Shown piece by piece: positions 10,344 through 20,062 of a stretch of 57,366 nucleotides of DNA. A program made the translations under genes and the position numbers. The stretch covers positions 1 to 57,366 of the IMG/VR virus record IMGVR_UViG_3300030102_004613, one strand, 5' to 3'. Source of the stretch: a virus. Lineage: Duplodnaviria; Caudoviricetes. The notes below the pieces were generated by a model. That model did not search any database. It saw nothing but the letters and a program-made list of their open reading frames with translations, and had not been told where the DNA came from. Each line of letters opens with the position of its first letter. Position 1 is the first letter of the stretch.

Positions 10344-11579
10344 ATGGATCACGGAAAGAAATATTTTGTAGGCGGCCTAATAAATGTGGGAGCAGGTCTT
10401 GCACAAGCCGGATACGGTTTGTACCAGGAAAGGCAAGCCAAAAAGAGAATGGCTCAGGCTGACGGATTAGTTGAGGGCCCAATCAGAACACAGGCAGCAA
10501 GGCAAAGAATCGCCAGACAAACCAGTGATTCTCAAGCGGCGATTGATGCCGCTTTACGTGCTGAGGCAACAGCGGCAGAGCAACTTGCAAGATCAGGGGG
10601 CGCACGCGGCGTAGTAGCGGGAACTCCTCGACTACTCAGAGCGACAGAAAGAGCAGTAGGTTCAGCATTAGATCGTTTCGGTACCCTTGGTGCACAGCAA
10701 TCACAAATGCAGGATCAAATGGCCACTGCAGGATTAAACGCAGGAAGAAGAGCAAACTTCAGTCGCCTTCAAAGAGCAGCAGATGCTGCACGTAGTATGC
10801 AACTGCAAGGAGTTGCCGGCGCTATTAAGGGTGGAGCAGAGATTCTTGGTGGTATTGACTTTGCAGGTGGAGCCGCAAAAAGAAAAGCAAACAGAGCAGC
10901 CAGAGCAGCCGAAAAAGCCGCAAACGAAAAAGCAGGGATAGTCTCAAGTGCACAAGAAAATATCCAAGAACAATTCGTTAAACAAAGCACGATCCCTGGT
11001 GGTCCAATAAGTGATTACGAACAGGGACTTGCGAGCGAAATCCGTCCACAGTTTAGTATCACAGAGGAAAACCCTGCGTCTCGCGCAGCAGCAACCTTAC
11101 AAAGCGATCTATCTCCTGGCGGTGCAATAGCCACTGATGTTCTTTCTGATCAAGCAAATATTTTAGGAACTTTCCCTGGATCTTCAATACCTGTTAGAAC
11201 TATTGATCAGATTGCGGACTATGCATTTGATATAAATAAGCCAAGTATAGGCCAACGATCATTTGATCGAATGGCTGCACTTGATGCGCAGACTCCATTG
11301 ATAGAGCAGCAAGAAGAAGAGATTGAGAGACTTGCAGGAGTTCAACCAATGGAAGAAGGAGGTAAGCAAGAAAAAGTAGAGAAGACTCCTGGTGACTTTG
11401 ATCACGACGATAACCCAATTGACATAGTTCAAGATGGAGATAAGATAGGCGAGATGACTGGAGGTGAATACATCTTCAATCCAGAACAGGCAGAAGAAAT
11501 GCGTAAACTTTCTAAGAAAGGTTCGTCGCCACTTCATAAATTCATTCGTAACTTGTTAAGCAAAGAACAATTTCAATAA
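10344..11579 (+). CDS. Internal virion/ejection protein 1
   Basis: 411 aa, Ala/Gly/Gln-rich helical; hydrophobic GGLINVGAGLAQAGYG N-terminus; C-terminal TPG..H..NPIDIV..GEMTGGEYIFNP module; position after tail genes. Confidence 0.6.
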   Translation: MDHGKKYFVGGLINVGAGLAQAGYGLYQERQAKKRMAQADGLVEGPIRTQAARQRIARQTSDSQAAIDAALRAEATAAEQLARSGGARGVVAGTPRLLRATERAVGSALDRFGTLGAQQSQMQDQMATAGLNAGRRANFSRLQRAADAARSMQLQGVAGAIKGGAEILGGIDFAGGAAKRKANRAARAAEKAANEKAGIVSSAQENIQEQFVKQSTIPGGPISDYEQGLASEIRPQFSITEENPASRAAATLQSDLSPGGAIATDVLSDQANILGTFPGSSIPVRTIDQIADYAFDINKPSIGQRSFDRMAALDAQTPLIEQQEEEIERLAGVQPMEEGGKQEKVEKTPGDFDHDDNPIDIVQDGDKIGEMTGGEYIFNPEQAEEMRKLSKKGSSPLHKFIRNLLSKEQFQ

Positions 11580-13186
11580 TGGCTGATACTTCTACATTTC
11601 AGGCTATTGGAGTGATGCCCAACATTGATTATGGGGCAGCGTACAATAACGCAAAAGCACGAAGAGAGGCCGAAGAACAACGCAAGTTAGACTACTTAGC
11701 ATCCTTCCAACAAGAGCGTGGTGCGTTTACTCCTGGTATGCAGGAAAAATTACAAGAAGAATGGGATGCTATTGAAGCGGATCTCGATGCAGGCGATATG
11801 TCTTTTGACGCAAAAGCCCGCAGACAGCGCATGTATAACCAATACAAAGAACACGCGGCTAACGCGATCGAATATGCCACACAGTTGAACGACTTGGAGG
11901 CGTCAGTCATGGCGAATCCAGAAGCCTACAACGATCCTCAAAGTATATTGGAAGACCTCGGCACAGCCAGAGACATTGAAGTTAGCACAGGTCTTATACC
12001 TGCGGCTATTGCGGAGTTGCCAAACATTAATGAGTTCAAGCGCTACTCACTTGCAGAGATGTCTCCAAATTCTACTGCAGGTCTTTTATTAGACAGACTC
12101 AAAAAGTCAGGGGGTATCAGTAAGTTCTACGACATGGCAAGAACAGGTAATTTACAACCTGCTGCCGTTTCAGATCTCGTAAGTTCTTACTTCCGTTCTA
12201 ACCAATTGTCCCAAGAAGAGATGGATCAAGCGATTGCTTTTGCTATGAGACAGAAAGGTGTGCTCGGTAACTCTGTTGAAGATTTGAAGTCGCTTAGAAA
12301 TCTATCTCAAGAAGATAGAGATATGTATTTAGCAGAGTATGCTACGTTTGTAAATGACTCTCTTACAAATCTACTTGCTGAAGATGTACAGACAGAAGCA
12401 GAAAAACTAAGAAATGAAATTGCAAAGAGAGCCTCGGTAGCAAGTGCAAGCGCATCTTCAAAACAAAATAAAGGCACATTCTTTTTTGATTCAAGAAAAA
12501 ATCTTACATACGACCCGCCTTATGTATTGAATGAGCGAGGCGCCATTGATCCTAAAGTTGAATACAGCAGTAAGGTTTCTGATGCTGTATTAGTAGGAGA
12601 TATTGAGGGAACAAACCCGACCTATAGAGATCCTAAAACAGGAAGGAATTACACAATAGAGAATCTGCTGATTGATCCTAATGGAAGCCGGAAGGTTTTG
12701 GTTTCTTTTACACAGGAAATAGAAGGTGACGATAATAAAAGAGTATTTGAAGAATTATCATACGGTCGAGGAGATGAATATGAAATACCGATGGATGGAT
12801 TGAGTAACGCCAAACAAGCGGCGATGATTGATGCTACATTTGATTCGATGAGATCTTACTATGACGAAAAAATACAACCAGGATTGAATGTTGTAAACAG
12901 AAAAGTAGCAACAGCGGTTGTAGGAGGGATACCAAGTGAACTTGATGTTATAGAAGGGGAAGGAACTCCTCCTTCTGAATTATCCAAAGAAGAAATGTCT
13001 GCAAGAGAACGCCGCCGCCTTGAAATAGAGACAGCAGACACACCTGAAGAGCGTCAAAAGATTATCTTACGACAACTATCAGAAGACATTCCTGAAGATG
13101 AGAAGGAAGAACTGAGAGAAATGGACATGTCAGACATACCGGTGTTTGATGCTAAGGCAGCCGGAATGAGAAATATTCAAAACTAA
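11579..13186 (+). CDS. Internal virion/ejection protein 2
   Basis: 535 aa, helical and acidic, coupled to the previous gene. Confidence 0.55.
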   Translation: MADTSTFQAIGVMPNIDYGAAYNNAKARREAEEQRKLDYLASFQQERGAFTPGMQEKLQEEWDAIEADLDAGDMSFDAKARRQRMYNQYKEHAANAIEYATQLNDLEASVMANPEAYNDPQSILEDLGTARDIEVSTGLIPAAIAELPNINEFKRYSLAEMSPNSTAGLLLDRLKKSGGISKFYDMARTGNLQPAAVSDLVSSYFRSNQLSQEEMDQAIAFAMRQKGVLGNSVEDLKSLRNLSQEDRDMYLAEYATFVNDSLTNLLAEDVQTEAEKLRNEIAKRASVASASASSKQNKGTFFFDSRKNLTYDPPYVLNERGAIDPKVEYSSKVSDAVLVGDIEGTNPTYRDPKTGRNYTIENLLIDPNGSRKVLVSFTQEIEGDDNKRVFEELSYGRGDEYEIPMDGLSNAKQAAMIDATFDSMRSYYDEKIQPGLNVVNRKVATAVVGGIPSELDVIEGEGTPPSELSKEEMSARERRRLEIETADTPEERQKIILRQLSEDIPEDEKEELREMDMSDIPVFDAKAAGMRNIQN

Positions 13187-13190
13187 TTAA

Positions 13191-16100
13191 ATGGAAGATC
13201 AAGATCTACTTACAGCCTTAGAGGATGCGTATCAAAGAGGAGTTACCTTTGAGCAGATTCAAACAGCGCTATCAGAAAACCCTGACGTAGAGGAGGACGC
13301 TATTGAAATTGCTCAAGATTTTTACTCAAAAAAAAAAGATTCTACCGAAGGTTTGCAGGAAGAAAGTCTTTCGGTTTCAGAATCCGAATTGGTTCCAGAT
13401 TCTACGGAATCAGTTTCTTCTCAAGCACAATATGATGCTAACTTCCTGTTAAAGGATGGGTTGTCTTCGCTGTCGCGCGCTTATGATCGTGGTGTAAACA
13501 TATCTCAGATTGAAGAAAAGTTTCAAGGCAATCCTGAGTTTGTACAATTAGCCAAAGATTACTATAAAACCTTAGACTCTCGTGTCTGGAAAGACGACAC
13601 GGAAGGATTAGCCCTTATAGTTGATGACAACCCAGGTGCTGTAGGTAGATTTTACAATCAGGCTGCTGCTCCTGGACGTCTTGCTTCAGAAATCGCAAAA
13701 GCCGAAACCACAGGAGATGTAAATTGGGAAAATATCGCTTACCTCAATAGCATTATGCAACGTGACGGGGTAAAAAAGACAGGGGAAGAAAACCCTGTTC
13801 TCGATTTTGCTAAAGATGCATTACGTGCTATAGTTCAATCCCCGATAACTATGGCTACTGCTTACGAAGCAGGCGTTGCCGGTGCCGCCGGAGGCGCCGC
13901 TGTAACTGCACCAATTGGAGGTGTAGGAGCAGTACCTGGTTTCTTTGCGGCTTCTTCGTTGGCTATTGAATATGCATCTACATTAATGGATGTTATTAGA
14001 GAAGAAGGCATTGACGTTACAGATGCAGATCAATTAGCATTTGCCTCACAAAATGAAGAATTAATGTCTCGTGCTCGTAAAAAGGCATTGAAAAGAGGTA
14101 TTCCAGTTGCTATATTCGATGGTATATCAGGCGGCCTTGCCGGTAAGGTTGGTACTTCTGTTGTTAAAAGCGTTGGTAAATCAGCCACTAATAGAGCATC
14201 AAAGGTGTTGGCAGCAGAAACCCTTGTACAAGCAGGTCTTGGTGCGGGCGGTGAGTTTGCAGGTCAGGTAATATCAGGCGATGAAATTAGTCCACGTGAG
14301 ATAGCATTAGAAGCATTTGCAGAACTTGGTCCTGCGGCCCCTGTTATGGCTTACAATCTTATGGGTAGAGTAAATGCAACTCCTGGTGAATTAGAATGGA
14401 AAGACTGGGCATCAAGTGTTGAGGATCAGAGTCAAGTTGTTGCAGCACAGGATGTAGCAGATAAAGTTGGCAATATCAACGAACTCAACAAGAAGATCGA
14501 TGAAGTACGGGCAGAAGATGTAAGCGGAACACAGGCAAGAAAAACCAAAACAGAATTAGTTAGAAAACTCAAGGACGAAAAGTACAGAGAGAAAACCAAA
14601 ATTGCAAAGCAATTTATGGAACTCAATGAAGAAGATCGCGCGAGGGCAGAGTTGATTTCCAAAGCGATTGATCAAGATGCCAAGTCTATCCAAGAAAATC
14701 CTGGTGCTTCAAACACAAATGAAGCAATGAAACAGCGCATTAAAGAAAACATAGAGATTCTTAATGGATTATTCGGACAACCTAAAGAAGAGACAACAAC
14801 TCAACAAGAAATAACAGATGATCAAGAAACTCTCTCCGAAAAAGTACCGGGTGACATCGAAGCAGGGCAAGAACCTGGGCGAGTACCCGACGTTGAAACA
14901 AGCGAAGCGCAGACTGAAGCAAGTAGAATTCTTCAAGCACGTGGGCAACAAGAAGAAATAAATACCATTTTCAAAGATGTTCAGGAAGCGAAGGATAGAT
15001 TACTTTCTGACAGAGCAGGGCGAATGATGTCCGTGAACTTGTATGATACGAATGAGGCCGAGGCTTTTAGACAACTTATTGAGGAAGGAACTTTCAAACC
15101 AAAAGAGCGTAAGTATTTAGAGAACATGATTCTCGCATCAGAAGCCCATCGTAAAATGTTTCCAAAAGCAAAAGAATTTGTTCTTGGGTTTGGTGATGAG
15201 GGCTATAAAAGAGGTGCTCTTAGAGCGGGATTTAGTTTAAACAGTATTGGAGAAACTGATCCTGTAACCAATAAGTATAGAGTCAATACTGGAGGTATAA
15301 CTAACCCTTTAAGAAAAGGAGTGGCTATAAAAATACCTTTAGAAAGTACATACTACGGAGAAGGGCAATCTCGTGGACCTTCTGATAGATTTTCAGGACT
15401 CCAAACAGCGTATCATGAAATGTTCCACAATCTCTTGCGCAATCATTTTGCCCAAAATAATTCCGATTTCAATCAGTTTCGCAAGTTGATTATACGTAGA
15501 TTGTCTGAATCTGATGTAAAAGATCTAAATGATTTTGCAAAAAGATACGAGACTGAAACGGCCCTAAAAAAAGACAGGAGACTAAAAACATTACCCTCAG
15601 AGGAATTCATGGTTCAGTTGGGAGGACTATTGGCTAATAAGAATATTAAATTCCAACCAACCTTTTTAGAAGAACTCAAAGCATTCATTGCTAATATCAT
15701 TAAAAAGATTACTGGGGGGCGCATTCAGTTTTTCAAAGAGGCATCATTAGCAAATGACTTAGCGAACTACATGAAGGGAACTTCTGAGGCTATGCGCATG
15801 GGCGGTGATCCTACCGCTGTAGTTGCGCCAGAGAGCCTAAAAACAGATCGTTTTAAAAGAGTACCAGGAGAGGTTGACTTTAAAAGAAGTTTAGAAACTG
15901 ATCCAAAGAATGCAGCAGGGCTAAAAGATCCAGTCAGTTATGATAAAGAATTAAACGTAGTTGAAAGATTCTTTGGCGATCGTGCAAGAGAAATCAGAGA
16001 AACAATTCGTTCGTTAGAAAAGAAATTCAAAAAACCATTAAGACGCGCTCCAAGGGATATTTTGGTTGCTCAAGAAATAGCGCAATCGGTTAATGTTCCG

Positions 16101-19100
16101 CATTTAAAGAACTTATTGAAAACCGTAGAAAACGTCCGTAAACTTTTAAAGAAAATGAGCCCTCAGGAAAGAGAGCGGGTTACTGATCTTGTAAGAAAGG
16201 CCGGATTTAATGAAGATAAATCTGTCAGAAGTTCCGCTATGTCTGAGTTATTAAAGACGAGCCCGAAGGTTGCTGAACAAGTAGGCAGGTTTATATCCTT
16301 ACGTAAGTTTTATCAAGATGCTTTTAAGAACAATCCGGTATTTGATACACTTGATGCCGACTTGATGGAGACGATTATAGCAAATCAAGAATTTTATGGG
16401 ACTCGTACTTATAAGGCATTTACAGATCCAAAGTTTAAGTTTGACAATGAGTTAGAAATAGCAGCAGAAACTGCTTTAGTTACGGCAGGGCTTCAGGAAA
16501 CTTTTAATGAAATAAAAGAAAAACAACAAAGCGCAGGTATTGGGAAACAAATTGCATTAGAAATGTTGGGAGAAAATTTAAATCCCAGAAATGCAAGCGA
16601 TGTTTCTAAATATGCCAAAAGCCAATTAAACAAAAAGAAACTTACTTTAGAAGAAATCAAGCAAAGTCTTAAAGATTCTGAATTGTATGGTGATATTTAC
16701 GACCTCAAAAGAGAACGCGCAAGAAAAGATGATGATTTTGCATTTACTGCGGCGATCACAGATGAAGACATAGAATACTACAACAGCGAGAAAAATAGAT
16801 TCGCTATTGAAGATAAGGTTAGGGCATATCTTAGAGACATCAAAGAAACTGCTGATCAAAGAGCAGGTAGGACTGAAGGAAATGGTATGGTGTCTAACTC
16901 TAAACTTTCAGATTTACGTGTTGGGTCTAATATGTTTAAGAGAAGACAAGATCTGCCTGTAGAACTCAGAAATTTTCTCGGCGAACAAAAAGATCCATTT
17001 ATAAAATTTGCTACCACTATAGATGGTCTGTCTAAAATATATGCTAAATACGGACTGGTAAGCAGAGTAAATGAGGCTGCGTTGAGAGCAAATACTGGGG
17101 ATATAATTGTTCCCAAAGCGGTATATGAGAGGCTTTTGAATGATGATTTTGTCAAAAATGTAGATAATCAAGGTCTGCCCACAGAAGTAATGCCTGTAGA
17201 GGAGGACATTTACTATCCGTTAAACGCAAACCATTTAAAAGAACTTCTTACTCTTGCACAAAAGTTTGGGGCCAAAGAGTCTAATATGTCTATTGCAGAG
17301 TTTTTAGAGAGCATTAATGTTAAGACAAAACAGAAATCGCTGTTTGATAATGAGAGCGTTAAGGCAATTCAGCCTGAAACCATCGATGATTTCCGTAGAC
17401 TAAATCAATATATAAAAGATTATTTCAAAGACAACTTTACAGTAGTCTCCGAAAAAAGATCTCCTTTGTCAGGTCAAGCAGTTCGTAACCAATTTACAGA
17501 GGTCCTTAATCAAACGCCTTTGTATTCAACAAAAGGTCTTGCCGGTTACTACAAGATACTCTTGCAAATGCGTCGCACCCGTGTTATCGCTAATGCTGCA
17601 ACCTGGGTTAAAAACCTTTTAGGTGGTTATTACTTTCAGGCCGCGAACGGCATCTTGCCCATAGGTAATAATCTTGATGGATACAACATCATGAAGGATC
17701 TCAAGGTTAGGCTAAGTAAGATGGTAAAGGGAGAGTTTGATCCTGAGACTCAAAAGTTGGTAAATGAAGTAGCGGAACTTGGTTTACTTAATAGTTCTTT
17801 AAATGCTGCTTTGTTTAGAGACATAAACGATGCATATATTGCTCAAATGGAAGGCGCTACCGCAGACAAGGCATGGTCTTTCCTTGAAAAAGTAAATAGA
17901 CAAGGAAAAATAATATCAGAAAAACTTGTTTATCAGTATGGCGTTATTGATGACTACACTAAGATTGTTGCTTTTGCGGTAAAAAGAGAAAATTTTGCAA
18001 AAAGATTAGCATCTAATCCAGAAGGCAGATCTTTTAGCGAATTGACTGATGTAGAAAAACAACAAGCAAACGAGATGACAGCGGAAAGAATAAAACAAAA
18101 CTTTCCAACTATGTCTCGAATCAATCCTGCATTTCGGATATTATTCGGTAGTCCGTTTGGTGATTTTCTTTCTTTCCGAGTTGAAGCGTTCCGTAGTTTT
18201 TTGGCCATTTATCAGAATGCCATAAACGATATGAGAGAGTCTGTTACTAATGATTCTCTTACCGCTTCTCAAAGAAAAGCATACGCAGCCGATGGAGTTA
18301 AAGCAATTACCATGGGCAGTTTAATGGCTATGGCGTCAGCATCTGGATATCAATTATTAGGAGATCTTTTAACAGGGCGTGATGAGGAAGAGCAAGACTT
18401 GGCCATGGCTGCAAGGGGGACTAATTTAATACTCCCGCCATGGATGCAGGGCGCTAATATTATTCCTATCAAGATGGAAAAGAATGGCGACATTCGTTAT
18501 GTGAATATGAGTTCCACAGATCCGTATGACGAGATTCAAGGATTGATTTATGGGCGTGATGGAATCACCCGATATGATAATTTAATGAGTATCCTAAAAG
18601 ATTTCAAGGATCCAAACATGGCCATTAAACTTCTTTTCAATCTTGTAGATGGCAAGAACCAATATGGTGCAGACATTGTCAAGAGCGAAGATCTCAATTG
18701 GTTTAATCGTAATTTAATACCAACAGGTTATACACATTGGGACGAGACACTTGGAACCTATGCTTTAAAAGAAGTATTTATTCCACCAAATATTGCATAT
18801 ATAGAAAGACAACTTCGTCAAAGAGCAAAAGAGTTGGAGAAAAATCCTGATGCAGAGATGGATCCATTAAATGCTATTGCGTTGTCTACTAATGTTTTCT
18901 TTAGAGATTACCCTGTAAATATTTCCAAGCAGTTCTATTACAACATGAGAGATCAAAACTTCAGGGAACCGTATATGGATATGGAAGAAGGAAGTTCGCG
19001 TCGCAAGAATAGAAAGGTAAGGCTTGATGAAGTAAAGAGAGCCTATGAGTTTGCTGTTGCGTATTCTTCTAAATTTGAAAACCCTAAGATCATTCAAGAC

Positions 19101-19184
19101 TTTGAGAGAACCATCAAGAGCGCTTTTCGCAATAGTAAAGACGAACAGCGCTACATACTTTACGACGTCGAACTTCCCGAATAG
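13191..19184 (+). CDS. Large internal virion/ejection protein 3 with zincin-like HExxH domain
   Basis: 1997 aa; Gly/Ala-rich hydrophobic segments around aa 220-390; AYHEMFH plus downstream EEFMV; last and largest of three ejection-type genes. Confidence 0.65.
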   Translation: MEDQDLLTALEDAYQRGVTFEQIQTALSENPDVEEDAIEIAQDFYSKKKDSTEGLQEESLSVSESELVPDSTESVSSQAQYDANFLLKDGLSSLSRAYDRGVNISQIEEKFQGNPEFVQLAKDYYKTLDSRVWKDDTEGLALIVDDNPGAVGRFYNQAAAPGRLASEIAKAETTGDVNWENIAYLNSIMQRDGVKKTGEENPVLDFAKDALRAIVQSPITMATAYEAGVAGAAGGAAVTAPIGGVGAVPGFFAASSLAIEYASTLMDVIREEGIDVTDADQLAFASQNEELMSRARKKALKRGIPVAIFDGISGGLAGKVGTSVVKSVGKSATNRASKVLAAETLVQAGLGAGGEFAGQVISGDEISPREIALEAFAELGPAAPVMAYNLMGRVNATPGELEWKDWASSVEDQSQVVAAQDVADKVGNINELNKKIDEVRAEDVSGTQARKTKTELVRKLKDEKYREKTKIAKQFMELNEEDRARAELISKAIDQDAKSIQENPGASNTNEAMKQRIKENIEILNGLFGQPKEETTTQQEITDDQETLSEKVPGDIEAGQEPGRVPDVETSEAQTEASRILQARGQQEEINTIFKDVQEAKDRLLSDRAGRMMSVNLYDTNEAEAFRQLIEEGTFKPKERKYLENMILASEAHRKMFPKAKEFVLGFGDEGYKRGALRAGFSLNSIGETDPVTNKYRVNTGGITNPLRKGVAIKIPLESTYYGEGQSRGPSDRFSGLQTAYHEMFHNLLRNHFAQNNSDFNQFRKLIIRRLSESDVKDLNDFAKRYETETALKKDRRLKTLPSEEFMVQLGGLLANKNIKFQPTFLEELKAFIANIIKKITGGRIQFFKEASLANDLANYMKGTSEAMRMGGDPTAVVAPESLKTDRFKRVPGEVDFKRSLETDPKNAAGLKDPVSYDKELNVVERFFGDRAREIRETIRSLEKKFKKPLRRAPRDILVAQEIAQSVNVPHLKNLLKTVENVRKLLKKMSPQERERVTDLVRKAGFNEDKSVRSSAMSELLKTSPKVAEQVGRFISLRKFYQDAFKNNPVFDTLDADLMETIIANQEFYGTRTYKAFTDPKFKFDNELEIAAETALVTAGLQETFNEIKEKQQSAGIGKQIALEMLGENLNPRNASDVSKYAKSQLNKKKLTLEEIKQSLKDSELYGDIYDLKRERARKDDDFAFTAAITDEDIEYYNSEKNRFAIEDKVRAYLRDIKETADQRAGRTEGNGMVSNSKLSDLRVGSNMFKRRQDLPVELRNFLGEQKDPFIKFATTIDGLSKIYAKYGLVSRVNEAALRANTGDIIVPKAVYERLLNDDFVKNVDNQGLPTEVMPVEEDIYYPLNANHLKELLTLAQKFGAKESNMSIAEFLESINVKTKQKSLFDNESVKAIQPETIDDFRRLNQYIKDYFKDNFTVVSEKRSPLSGQAVRNQFTEVLNQTPLYSTKGLAGYYKILLQMRRTRVIANAATWVKNLLGGYYFQAANGILPIGNNLDGYNIMKDLKVRLSKMVKGEFDPETQKLVNEVAELGLLNSSLNAALFRDINDAYIAQMEGATADKAWSFLEKVNRQGKIISEKLVYQYGVIDDYTKIVAFAVKRENFAKRLASNPEGRSFSELTDVEKQQANEMTAERIKQNFPTMSRINPAFRILFGSPFGDFLSFRVEAFRSFLAIYQNAINDMRESVTNDSLTASQRKAYAADGVKAITMGSLMAMASASGYQLLGDLLTGRDEEEQDLAMAARGTNLILPPWMQGANIIPIKMEKNGDIRYVNMSSTDPYDEIQGLIYGRDGITRYDNLMSILKDFKDPNMAIKLLFNLVDGKNQYGADIVKSEDLNWFNRNLIPTGYTHWDETLGTYALKEVFIPPNIAYIERQLRQRAKELEKNPDAEMDPLNAIALSTNVFFRDYPVNISKQFYYNMRDQNFREPYMDMEEGSSRRKNRKVRLDEVKRAYEFAVAYSSKFENPKIIQDFERTIKSAFRNSKDEQRYILYDVELPE
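14818..14961 (+). CDS. Nested 47-aa basic protein in the +1 frame of the large ejection gene
   Basis: MIKKLSPKKYRVTSKQGKNLGEYPTLKQAKRRLKQVEFFKHVGNKKK; A-rich leader; resembles a small phage protein family I recall (GKNLG.Y.T...A..RL.QVE.FKH). Confidence 0.6.
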   Translation: MIKKLSPKKYRVTSKQGKNLGEYPTLKQAKRRLKQVEFFKHVGNKKK

Positions 19185-19190
19185 TATTCT

Positions 19191-19198
19191 TATCTTTG
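19191..19198 (+). promoter_or_regulatory. Bacteroidota -7 box for lysis/envelope cassette
   Basis: TATCTTTG 4 nt before ATG 19203. Confidence 0.55.
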
Positions 19199-19202
19199 AA
19201 AA

Positions 19203-19436
19203 ATGAAATGGACACAAATTTTTAAAGACAGCAACGACTGGAATGAGAAGACCATTATAGGGTTCCTTTCATTTACAGTTATGGTATTGGTAATGTTGGC
19301 AGATGTAATTACAGGGTGGTTTGGAAAAGACCTTCTTGTAAATGAATTCATCTACAACTCTTTTGTATTTATTACTCTTGGCAGCCTTGGTGTAGCCGGG
19401 GTAGAAAAATTTGCCAAGAAAGATGGCGATAAATAA
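19203..19436 (+). CDS. Holin-like small membrane protein
   Basis: 77 aa, two hydrophobic helices, charged C-terminus; heads a cassette ending in a spanin. Confidence 0.55.
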   Translation: MKWTQIFKDSNDWNEKTIIGFLSFTVMVLVMLADVITGWFGKDLLVNEFIYNSFVFITLGSLGVAGVEKFAKKDGDK

Positions 19437-19704
19437 AGAGATATCAGAGGATACAGTAGTAGGCTTATCCTTAAAAACCCTGGGCGCAATAGTTGCCGGA
19501 GTGGGCGTAGTTGCATTAGGCTATTTTGATCTGCAAGCAGGTATTGAAGAAGCCAAAGAATTACCCACGCCTGTGATCAGCAGAACAGAGTATGATTTAA
19601 AAGATGAACTGGTTAGAGAAACCATCATGAATACTCAAGGCGATGTCAAAGAAATTAAGACACAACTCGATAAGATAGAAGAGCGCCTGTTTGAAATGAA
19701 GTGA
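19423..19704 (+). CDS. Membrane-anchored coiled-coil protein
   Basis: MAINKEISEDTVVGLSLKTLGAIVAGVGVVALGYF: one TM helix then coiled coil; start at ATG 19423. Confidence 0.6.
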   Translation: MAINKEISEDTVVGLSLKTLGAIVAGVGVVALGYFDLQAGIEEAKELPTPVISRTEYDLKDELVRETIMNTQGDVKEIKTQLDKIEERLFEMK

Positions 19705-19705
19705 T

Positions 19706-20062
19706 ATGAAAAATCTCGTCTTTGCTCTTTCTCTTATTCTTTTGCCCTCAGCAATCGCTCCAGAGGACGATCAGATTGATATCGAAGGGGTAGTTGTAAT
19801 ACACTACAACGCCACATGGAATGAGAAAAATAATTTTACACCAGTAGCAAAGGTTAAAGACGCTAAACTCCTAACAGCGTGGATAGATAAGGACGACACT
19901 ATCAAAGAGTCAGAGGGTATACGTTCTGTACCAACAATCATACTTTACATGGATGGAAATGAAATCAAGAGATGGGAGGCGGGTCTTGCCATGTCATTAA
20001 GCATATCTCCTTCCGACATTCAAATAGAGGTAGATAAACTAACTGGAGCAAGCAAATGGTAA
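19706..20062 (+). CDS. Exported thioredoxin-fold protein lacking CxxC
   Basis: Signal peptide; VVVIHYNATWN replaces FxAxWCxxC; GIRSVPTIILYMDGNEIKRW is a typical thioredoxin cis-Pro region. Confidence 0.7.
   Translation: MKNLVFALSLILLPSAIAPEDDQIDIEGVVVIHYNATWNEKNNFTPVAKVKDAKLLTAWIDKDDTIKESEGIRSVPTIILYMDGNEIKRWEAGLAMSLSISPSDIQIEVDKLTGASKW

Noticed and set aside
11385-11415. GDFDHD resembling an RNA polymerase DxDxD catalytic motif
   Set aside because: It lies in a short C-terminal module of a 411-aa helical protein with no double-psi-barrel context, so it is not evidence for a crAss-type virion RNAP.
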